Below the pieces are notes generated by a model that was not told the DNA's origin, did not search any database, and worked only from the letters and a program-made list of their open reading frames with translations. A stretch of 64,000 bases of DNA from Antedon mediterranea (Eukaryota; Animalia; Echinodermata): the NCBI RefSeq assembly GCF_964355755.1, contig NC_092676.1:13906871-13970870 (forward strand), given 5' to 3'. The position numbers were made by a program, and so were the translations under genes. Positions 12,901-24,900 of the stretch are shown here, in pieces. Position 1 is the stretch's first letter. Each line of letters begins with the position of its first letter.

Positions 12901-15900
12901 TACTTTGTTCTAAAACCCCAATTTAGAAGGCCTTAGGCCTACCTCCCAAACCTTTACTAGGCCTAGGCCCCAGCGCGCGAAGTCGATCCACCACCCACCC
13001 ATACGGGAGTCTGTTTCATGCGCATCCAAACGATATCATCAACAACTTGCTGCTCATTGTCAAGCCAAAGTAAAATGTGAATCAAATTCATTTTCAACTG
13101 CCTGATTCGTGACAAATAAATTATCATCCCATATTACAGTACTAATTTAATTCTGCTAAACTAATTTTAGCAGTATAAATTACAAACGATATACAAAATA
13201 ACGAATGGAAAATATGGATACGCATCATTGCACACGGCGCTGTATCCCGGACAACGTTGCCAGGCTAATGCCGGTATTGCCAGAAAAAACCTGTTGATTT
13301 GGAGATTTTAAATTGTCATTTACTCGATGAATAACCGTTTGTACGGCAATAACTTAATTTTTTTTAAATTCTAAATACGTTTCTGCAAAAGCACAAGCAT
13401 TTTTTAGAAAATACTCCATATATTTTTAAAAAACTGCAAATCGTCCATTGCAGGGATTAGAATATATTTGCAAAGTGACATCACCCGCAAATTTTTTTGA
13501 TTTTCAATTGGGGCTTTCCCTAAAAGGGCGACTTTATATTTTGTAACAATATACATATACACCTAATAACATCATTCTAAAATGAAAAAAAATTGAAAAT
13601 CCTTTTCAGATCCATTTTAAGCATTAGTAGAGTCAAATGTTATACTCAGAATTCAGAATCTTTAAATAATAATGTTCTTGTTTTACCTACCTGTGAGAAG
13701 GCAAATGTAACTAGTATTCCCATAAATTATATTATCCTGGACGGTTGTGTTAATATTAAGGGACGGAATATCCCTATTGACGTAGTATATACTTCAACTG
13801 AGAAAATTGACCTAATGCCTGGCGAAATGATTGCTTCTGCGTCCAAAGCGAAAAACAGGCCAGAGATTGTAATTCGATAACTGAATGGTATGGTCAAAGA
13901 GGGTGGGTACCAGGGAAACACCTTTACTGTTTATCGATTATTTCTGTTGCTTGCTCTATTTATAATTATAAATGGTGTCTACTACGACCTAAATATAAGT
14001 AGGCTACGAAAGTTGTTATTTGATCATTTTGTTCCAAAATTAACAAGATGCTGTTGTCATGATACAGTATATTGTGATACAAATGTTAAAGCCCCGCTCA
14101 CTGTCACCCACGTTGATAAACTATGCTTTTGGTCTCTTGGTACAGTCACGTTAGAGACTGTTTCAGTGATTGATGACCCCCATTAACGGTTTCCTCCTGT
14201 GTGTAACGTTCAGATAATACAGTATATATAATAATATAATATGTATATTATACGTATACTGTTCTTTACAATAATATTATTTGCATTAATACCTATTGTT
14301 GTAATACCAATTGTTGAAAGTTTTTACATCATTACAGGAAGAATTAATGTACATTTTGTTTACAAATAAATAAATCTATTGAGTAACTTTTCCCCTTTAC
14401 GTTCCTAACCACCGATTGCTGTCAAGTGTCCATACATCATTACTGACAGGGGACGTAATCAATCATAATTGGTATACATTTCGCATCTTACCAAACTTAT
14501 TTTCAGTACAGGTTCAATTAATCTCACACACACATTCGGCGGAAGACCGAATATAATAATTAGCCTATATTGTTCTCTATTCCTACATTTTTTAAACTCT
14601 AATTTGCTATATTACCCTGTAAGCGATATTTTTGGGGTACCTAATTTATGGACCACCATGAAACATTACAAAATAAACATACATTACTCATCAGTCACAT
14701 GCATAGATGTCACCCGGGCTTCAATTTTCAGAGGCGTTTGTCATGTTTTCGAGGACCATTCGGGTACACCCACTAGAGGGTGCGCGAAGCGAGCGAACCC
14801 TCTAGTATTAAGAATTTTAAATAAATAATGTTTTACCAATTTTTGAACTTTTTCATAAAAAACGTGCGCAAATTGTCTAATTCGACGTGCTCTTATATGA
14901 CGCGATTTTAAGTCGAAATTTTCAATAAAATGTAATGACAAAAAACAAGAAGATCGACGTTTCGGAACCATCATGAAACCATTTTCTAGATCTAGTGATC
15001 GAATTATACAAAAACAACAAACACCAATGGGTGACAGGAGATACTAATTAATTAACATCAAAGAAGGCCTACAATACTAAGTTATTAAGCTCCTCCTTCT
15101 TAATTGATAAACAATTTAGCTTTGACTGAATCGGTTTGTTTAGGTTTCAGTTCTTTGAAATGGGGCTGTTACAATGGTTTGGGGATTGTGAAAATTTGTT
15201 ACCTAGCATTTTTGGTATCCTTGCAACATAATAAGGCCAAAAAAAAAAATTATTGTGTTGGCCACGCCCGACCGACCCTAAAGTGACGAAAATGAAGGTC
15301 GGCGTTTTTGGTTTTTTTTTGTGAGCCAAACAGCAATCATAAAACCAAATAGTGAAAATATATTGTCTTATTCACCAAATTGGCGAATATATATTTCACC
15401 TCCGCCCGACGTGTAAAAAGAAGTGTGCAACCAACCGTGACTCAATCATGTGATAACCGGAATACGCGATTATCAATTTTGGGGGATCGTTTTAAATAAA
15501 TAAACGCTTTGATTACACAGTGGCTGAGACACGTTTTTAATAGTTATCAATTTTTAAACACCCTCATAATTAATGGACTCTACCAATGTTGATCTGCAAA
15601 GAACAACAGATCGTACATCAAAACTATCAAACTTAGCTAAATTTATTCATCAAATTTTGTATTTGTTTTAGTTACATGTTGTTTTTCGATATATCAATTA
15701 TTTATTAATACCAAATATTTATGTCTGGAAGTGTTTAGTTTGTTTCTGTATAAGATTGAAAGAATGTTCTTTCATACCCTGAAAAAGGGTCGATAAAGAA
15801 ATAAAGAATCATTGTCATTGTCATTGTCATTACATCGCACGAGGTTGTTGAGGCGGTGTTCTTTGGTTATACTGTACAGAGTACTACGAATCCGATCCAA

Positions 15901-18900
15901 TTACGAACTTGTTAAATGATTTAAAAGGCATGGAGTCGCTAAGCAAGTAGGCCTATACATTTAATAAAAATTTACCTAAGATTGTCGTAAGCTCTTTTGT
16001 TCAAACTTGTTATTTATATAGCGATTAATCCACCCGTTCCGGCATTCACGTTAGGCCTCTAGCCTACTCGATCCACGCGATCGATCGATGTCTCTCCTCT
16101 GGTGGGGAATTTCCCCGGTGTAATTACGTATGGATAAAACAATATAAAACTCAATATTTTTCATCTGGAATAATGTTAACTCGCGTAATGTAGCATATAA
16201 CACAGAAATAGTTTATTTCGATCTTGATTGTTTTTGGCTTTAAAAATGGCAGCTAGAGCCTAGCCTAGCTAGCTGGGCCTAGCCCTATGCCTAGAAAAGT
16301 TAAGCATACGTTTATTTAATAAACCTTTTTAAAACTTTTGTTGAAACAATATTTATAGCTAGCGTGAGCCTAGGGTGCTACGAAAAGAGATTTTAAAAGT
16401 CTTTTTTTTATCATTTGTGTAAATTGTTGTTTTTTTGCCAGCAACACATTTTTTGGTCTTAAAAAAAAAAAAAAAAAAAAAAAAACTTTTCCTACCGACC
16501 TACCCATTTTTGGGATTTACCCAAAACGTGGCCAACACAATAATTTTTTTTTTTTTGGCCTAAAGCGAAATCAAGTGAAATCTCACTTTGGGCATTAAAA
16601 TCCTACAGAACCCCTATTTTCATACATGAAGAACGTGTCTTTGTACTTACATTTTTTTGGTATCCTAGCCTCTGATAAGACTTGATTAATCGATTGTTGT
16701 GATAAAAACACACACCATAAGGATGCTCTTTTGGATTGAATCCAAACGTGATTCTAACCTTAAACAAATGAATAATTAATTTATATTTTACTTTTTATGT
16801 ACTCTATTCTGTACGCTATACACTTAATATTCAAGAAAGAAAAAAAAATTAATTTTGCAGCAATAATAAAGAATAGTTTTGTATCATCACATTTTCACAG
16901 TAGAGAAAGAAGACCAGTATGATATGATTTAAGAAAGAAAGTCAATCATATTAAAATAAATGAATGTAAAGGAAGAAATGAATAGGAATTGTATAAATGG
17001 AAAAAAAAAGTGCATGTTTGGGCAAGGAGGCGGCCTGTAGATGCACGATAGTCTTCAATGGTGTTTTGATGATGGCTTCACATGCTTCAAATGATCGAAA
17101 CCCATCGATCTTATTACAGTTTATTATTATATGGGTACCTGTGTATTGGGGTGTCTAGAAAACTCAGATCTCAGATATATCAAGTTTTCTAGATCTAGAT
17201 CTATTCAATTCAAGGCTCACTGTGTGGGCCGCAATTGCGTTGTATTGCGAAGAGTAGGCCTAGCCCTACTAGACTAGAGGGGTGCTGGTCAACTCATACT
17301 CAAACTAATTCGTATCCATGACAACTCGTACCCAACTTGGCTAACTTGAAACTCAACCAACTCGTACATACCTAATTTTTTACTTGTTATGCCAACTCCA
17401 TTAGATTCGACTAAGGCCTGGTATAACAAGTGAGAACTATGTAAATTTTGACAGATTTGTAAAAAATGCTAGGCCTAGCCAACTAGCTATGGCTAAGTCT
17501 TACTACTCCATGGGACTAGTTAGTAGAAGTTTGCTTAGCTAGGCTATTCTAGACCTAAATTTCAACGGTAACGTGTACTGTATATTCTTTATGATTTAAC
17601 CCATAGGCCGCTACTACAAGTTACAATATTAGTAAGAAAACGTATAAGTATTAATAATAATGTAGTATTTCAAATAACATACCCTCTGATAAATAATGGA
17701 ACAATCCAAATAACCAACCAACCAATCATTTGATGATCTGAGTTTTCTTGATCTAGAAAACTCAGATATATTTGAGATCTGAGTTTTCTAGACACCCTCT
17801 CTATTGTGGTGGTGTTATGTTAATATTACTGTGTGAATTGTTACTACTGTAAGATAATAAAGATTTATAAAGCGCACATATCCACAAAGTGCTCAAGGCA
17901 CTTGTGAAAACCACGAAAAATACTAACCTTGAAACTAAAAACAACCAAAAAAACGGAATAAAAGCAGACCAATCGAAAGGTGCACAGACCTGCCAGCACA
18001 TTACTCCTAAACATTTTTTTACTGTTATTTGTCAACATTACAAATGGAGGCCTATTCTTGAAAAACCTGAGCTATTTGTACTAAATAAAAATGTGTCTAG
18101 TTTTTTTAGTTATGAGTTGAGTCTGGCCTAGTAAATATTTTATCCTAACTAGACCATGGTCTAGCATATTATTTCAACTTTTTACAGCCCTGTCATGATG
18201 TTGATGGTCAAGATAATGGTGGTGGTGGTCATGATGTTGATGATAGTCATGGTGATGGTGGTCATGATGTTGATGATAGTCATGATGATGGTGGTCATGA
18301 TGATGATAATGGTCATGGTAATAATGGTAGTCATGACGATGATTACATACCCTTTGATTTTCTTCCCAAGGCCTATAGACATCTTTTTCTGTTTCTTTTA
18401 GACTTTTTGCAATCAACACCGTTCTAACCTTTTTTGTTTTTAAATAAATTTTAATCTTTGGGTTCAGGTATAATACTGAACAATAAGCCTAGAAAATATA
18501 AAAAAAATCAGTTAGGGATATGCACTGAAATGCAGCTTCCTAAAACCAAGATAGGAAAATTGATTACTGTAAAACCTAAACAAAAAAACCTTTTAGAAAA
18601 GTTTTTAGAACTCTTGGGTGGGCTTCTTTTCAAGATGGGTTTCTTTTTGAGATGAGTTTTTTTTTTTATTACTTTTGCAAACTAAAGAGGGGGCTTCTTT
18701 CCAACAAAATATATTATACACTGTAAACCTTATGCTAAAAGTGATAAAATATGTAAAAGTGATAAAAGTCATTCCAACTGAGATTCAAAGTTTGTATGTA
18801 TCAGCGGTTTTAAAAGTATTACTATTTTTTAAGAAATAACAATTTATGACCATATTCTCAATTTTTATAGTATGAATTGCAATAAATAATAATACTAATA

Positions 18901-21900
18901 CCCGTAATGAGAAATCACATCGAGGAGCATCATCTGATGTTTGCTGTCCTCTAGAGCGTTTTGGTACACATTTGCTCTCCGCAATAAGAATATCATATGG
19001 ATCTGTTGTGGTATCTAACTCATATCTCAACACTCTGTAAGCGAAATATAATATTTTCTATTACATACTGTAGTATTGTCATTTTGTTTTGGCTGCCAAA
19101 AGAGTGAAGTTTAAAGACTACAGATTTGTCCTGTGCATTAGGCATGTAATGCTGTTAATATGCATTTATTTGTTTTCTTTGTAAATGATGTGTTAGACTT
19201 TAATACAAAATTTTCAGATTTGAACTTCAATGACTTTGAAACTTCAAGTTAATTAGGCGTGTTAATCCAATGCTTTAATCCATTTTTTAAAAAACAGGTA
19301 AAAAATTGCAGGGATATAGTTAATTATGCATTACGCGTCATTTGGAATTAGCCCTAACTAACAGAAAAGTGATATCTAATGGTGATAAATAACACGCTTT
19401 AATGCAGGTTCAGCTTTCTGTAAACGATTTGACTGATTGCGTTGGGAAATCAACTGTGCCCTCCATCTATAACTGTCTATCATCTATAAATCTGCGTCTA
19501 AAGTTGGAACAGGACCTTTTTTAATGCTTTATTTTACACTCGGCTCCACCTCGTTAAAAACAGAACAGTCAATAGTGATAAGTAAGGCTCTCATGAAATA
19601 TTCTTACCTTCCAACTCATAAACATTAATTATTAATTTTGTATAATAAATTATAGTTCAGTCAACAAGCAATAAAATAGGTGATTTCTGAACCCACTTTT
19701 TGGAATTTTATCATGCACCATCATTTCTCAGAAAGATAAAGCTTGGTTTTAAGTTGGGCTACACTTAAACAGACAGGTTTTGTTGAGCATATAATGTATA
19801 AGTGCAACATATAGAAAAAATAATACTAACCCTTTATTATTCATGTCTACAACTTTTTCTTGCGATAAATTATAAATTATTATTCTGGTTCCCCCTGTTG
19901 AAGTAATTTTTTTTAATTGATTTTGTATGGCCTCATCACTTTTAAAAATTGAATACTCCTTAATATGAGTCAATGACAACTTGTGATCTGATTTCTGTAA
20001 ATTTACTAAGGACAAGACTTTTATGAATTGACATGTTGCAACAATGGTTCAGAACAAACAAACACAAGAGCCCTCCTCTACAACATTTATAAAATTCAAT
20101 TTTCTTCTTGAGAATTTTTGTGACCCTAAATTAAATTGTTACAATGACAAGTGGATCGATGCTTTCCATTTTTCTTTTGGTAACTGAATATCAGCTGAAA
20201 TGTTTAGAGCAAGAGTGTATTTCTGGGCAACTAGATGTTAATATTCTCAAAATGGTATGGCTCTCACACCACCAACTGATCTCCTCTGAGCTCCTATCAA
20301 TTCATTCAACATTAAAGAGATTAGAGATTTTGGTTAGCTATATTAATTCTCTTGACTCGAAGACAGAGAAAAACAATTATTAAGTCGCATGGAAGCAAAG
20401 GTGACTCATAGGGAACATTGAAAAAGACTACTATACAATGTAGGACCTTGGTTTGTGTACATCACTTGTAATGTATGCTTTTTTAGATATATACAATTAT
20501 ACCATTAATTAACCCTTTCACTGCGGAGCATTATTCTCACCTCTGTGCGTAATATATATTTAAGAAAAACATATGTTTTAATAAATTGCAAAAAAATACT
20601 AATTGAGATAATTGTGTAATTATTTTTGTGGTGTGTGATGGGCAAAGGGTTAGTCTACAGTTAGGTATAAAAAAAAAGTAATTTGCATATTGATGACGTC
20701 ATTACAGGTATTTTGGATTTCGTTTTTTTTTATCTAATCAATGATAAAAACTCTATTTTCTATAAGAAATTCTTATGGAATACGTTTTTCCAACTGGATA
20801 TTGATGAAGATACGTATACCAAATAAAATTTTTTTTATTGTTTTATAAAAATTATGCACAAATCAAAGTTTTGGGGCAAAATCGTGAAAATAATGACAGT
20901 TTCCAAAAATTCACTATAGTACAAAAACTAAAAGTATTGTTTCAGAATTTCTTTTTTTTGCGTGTTGTGATAAACACGATGTTGCCCTATTGGGGCTGGT
21001 AAATTTGTGTTACTTTCAAAAAGACGCTACTCAAAACAACTTTCCAAGATAGAAATACTATTCTATATACTATACTATAATTAATTAATTAATTAACTAT
21101 AGAGGGCGCATTATTTTCAAGACGATAATACAACTATAGAGTTTTTTTGCTGGAAAATTTTTTTGACTTGCAAAAATATTCAAGTTCATTGAAAGAATAT
21201 AGAGGGTGCTATATATTATAGGCAAATACGATTAAATAATTGTCTTGCCCATACCCGGTATTACCGTGTATACGTATTTCAACAACGTTTGTTTATACCC
21301 GGTAGTACCGGGTATACACAGTGAAAGGGTTAAACAAAGAAATACTTTTTATTTTATTTAATGCAACTTAAAAAGGATACTCCATCATTAAATTCAACAA
21401 TTGGAACTTGGATATCCTCTGCATTAATTTTCTTTAAATAAGTTTGAGATAGAAACCCTACAACATTTTTGTTTTCCTTTTTACTGAAAACTATAGCATC
21501 TTTGCCAAGCCTCATTGATCCTGATTTGAATCCATTTCCATATGTACCAATAGGGTGCTTTCCATTGATTTCCTCTTTGTCTGAAAAACCAAAGCTAAAA
21601 AAAGGTACCGATTGTTATTGACATTTAGAGCATATAACTATGTAATTGATAACAAACTTTACTGATAATTCTCCTTGATGATGGCCGAGGTTATATGTAT
21701 TTTAATGCAGTAAAGTCAGCCACTATGTGCTACAGAAAGAATTCCTATCGCCAAAATTGGGGGCCATCTTCCACGCCACTATTATCTAGGCTTACGCTAG
21801 CATGAAATTTCTAAAATGGAAAATAAACCATTTAATGCATTGTATTGTGTCCATTTAAAGCTAGCTTGGCCTGGTGTAAAGTACATATTCCATGTAGTAA

Positions 21901-24900
21901 CACAATAAAGAACTTTGTGTGTGACGTTTGTGGAGAGACGGAGAGTCCATTTTTTTTTAAGTGCCTCTATCACTGTTTTAGTCAAAATGGTTATTTACAG
22001 TTACAACCCTAAATTGACAATCATGTATTCTGTAATCTTTTAACTTGGGTATGACTAGTCAAAAATGACATATTTTGGCATTTTTGATGCAAGCAAATAA
22101 TTGATTAAATATGAGTCAATCACTTCTATTTTCTGGAAAATTGCAAGATAATTCAATAGGGATCATACTTGGTAGCCTAGAATCCATGTTCTGGAGAAAC
22201 TAAATTAATAATCATGCCCTTTAGGTGTGGGTACAACCCCTACTTCATCTGGTACAAACTCAGGAGGCAATCACAAAATTGCCATCCAACTTTTCTAGAC
22301 CAGCATTTTCCGTAGAATACGAATCTGGAAGGTAATCGAACAAGCACAATTTGGTCTTTTATTACATTATTATGCAATATTGTATCTATTCAATCACCTT
22401 ATGAAAAAAAATCCTTAAAATGTCAATATTGACCAATATATAAAATCAAATAACTATAAATTTAACATAAACATTGATGTTTTCTCATCCTGTTATCAAT
22501 CATGTTCAATGAAAAGAGCACATTCAGAATTCCAATTCCAATACCTAGTTATGTACTAGCCAGTCTGTGCACCTTAACTGGTAGGTAGTAGACAAAATGC
22601 AATACTGTATAATGTGGTTTTTGTCTTGATTTGGTAGAATTTTAAAGTTTACGGATTAGCTTCTGTTGGTTTTCCGCAGGCGCCTTGAGCACTTTGGTGG
22701 ATAAATTTTACTATTATTGGTTATCATTTTTGTCATCCCCATCGCAATCAGAACATAGTAGTTCAACTAGTACTGTACATCCATAATATGTACATGTACC
22801 AAACCAGTGAATAGATCAATCTAGAATCCATCCATGATTTTCTGGACTATCCAAACACTAGCCTGTGCACCAAAAGGGCATATTCTTGCATTGCTATCAT
22901 TAAAATGATTATAAAAGAGATGATTAACTCTAGACTTTTGTTGTTTCATAACTTCCAAACATTTTTGGTAGTTGCCTAGTTCTGAAAAAAAGTTTTGATT
23001 ATCTCTATACGTGACCACCAGGATTTATTCCAGATTCCTCTTTCGAAAAAAGGAATAGACATAATCATTTACAGTGAACACAATCATTCCAAGCATTGCT
23101 TTTATCTGTATAGTTGACAATGACTTGGTTATATTTAGTCTCCAACCCAATAATGATTTATTTTTGATGTCCCATTCATTTTATCCTTTATTTTTGTTTT
23201 CTAATACTATGTAATGTTTTAATATGAATAACCTTGAATTGAAATGAAAATATTTAGGTGTTTACGTTCGTTAGATAGACGCATAAAGAAGAAGAGTTTA
23301 TTCTCATGACATCATACTGTTAACTTTGAACAGTATATATTCAACCTTGGGAATGATGGTTTTCTTTCTCTTCAGAAAACAACATTTGTACTACAGTATG
23401 CACAGGAAAATGTTTTTATGAAGATAATAAGTTTCAAGTTTTACAGGAAAACTATCTGTGGCTAGCAATCATATTGAGGCTCATACTAATGATGCCCTTA
23501 ATAAAAAGTGTGGTCTGTCTGTGTAGTGAGTTCCAGTTTTTATTAGCCAATCCTCTATTCCTCTCTTGAAACATTTTCCGTCATTTCGACATTATGCTTT
23601 TTCTATATTTTTAAAATTTTATTTTATTTGGTTTATCCAGTTTCTTTTGGTCTTCCTGATGGTCTTTTTCCTTTTTTTTAGTTTCCTTCATTGACAATGA
23701 AAGTAAAACTCTAAAGATCTGAGTCAATGTGTCATAAATTAGGGAAACAGAGAAAGAAATCCTGGTGGTCCCTTATGAAAGTAATAAAAACATTCGAAAC
23801 TGGCTAGAATGGCTACAGTCCTAGAAATTGTGATTTGAAATGAAATGGTGAAGTTAACCTAATTTTGCATTGTCGAAATTAAAGGTGGTGGTGGTGGGGA
23901 TGGGCTTGGCCACTTTGATCTGCCTATCCTGTGAACGAACTGCTATTCTCGGTTTCTGATAAATAGTAGTTTTTTGCCCAAAACCGAATATTTTAGCATT
24001 AAGTCAGCATAATCATTTTAACAGTCATCTATATATAAATTATGGTTAATTCTGACATAGGCGAGCACAATGGAAAAACTTCGGTACTAATCTCCGCCTT
24101 GGATACCTACCTTATCTATCTCAGATGTACCGCGAAACGTATATTTGATAACATTAGTTTTCAGTACTACGCTATTGTTCCATATTTCTATCTTAGGAAG
24201 ATATTATAAAGGGTTTTATAAGAAATTTTCTGATTTCAATCGGTAGATTTTAACTCTAATTTCCGGGTTCACGGTAAGGTGTGTCAATCACCTTGCAAGT
24301 TCCCTGCATGGTTGGTTTCAACCAGGGAGTTGTAAAACAACTCCCTGTTTCAACTAAGTTGGCCGTTGGTGCTTGGTGGCGATAGCCATTTTGGTTTTTG
24401 TTTATTTTCGGACCGCGCGTGTGAAGGTATAGTAGTACATAAATTAAATATATTCATAAAACGTAGGAGTAAATTGTGGGAAATAATTATATAAAATGAC
24501 ATCGAGAGAATTGATGTCATTGATGTCTTTAGTTTGAAATCAAATAAAACCCTGATAGCTGAGTTGTTGATTAAAGCTGCCAGGACTTTATGTATACTGT
24601 GCCCTATCTGTGTCCCGTCAGGACCCTGGGATACTTCTGCCCATGTTGCAAGCCATCTAAAACGTCTTCCTTCTTAGGCCAAAACAGCTCACTGTGTCGT
24701 GGAATAATGTATTAATTATACCAATTAGGATGGTATTTATTTGAATAAACGCCCGGAACACCTCCCCAATAAAACATCAATTAAAATAATTATCGCCACT
24801 CCCCCCACCCCTCCATCCAAATACCATCTAATAAACGCCCATCCACATTTATACACACAATATTGTATTATATTTATAACACAATTATACTATTTTTAGT

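Larger units (their letters stand above)
8915..13621. mobile_element. TIR element (TTAAAATGGA(C/T)CTGAA ends) inserted in the Gypsy remnant and containing the Rex LINE and hAT insertions
   Basis: TTAAAATGGACCTGAAATGGACTTT at about 8916 is inverted at 13597-13621 (AAAATCCTTTTCAGATCCATTTTAAG); another end copy at about 6387. Confidence 0.5.
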
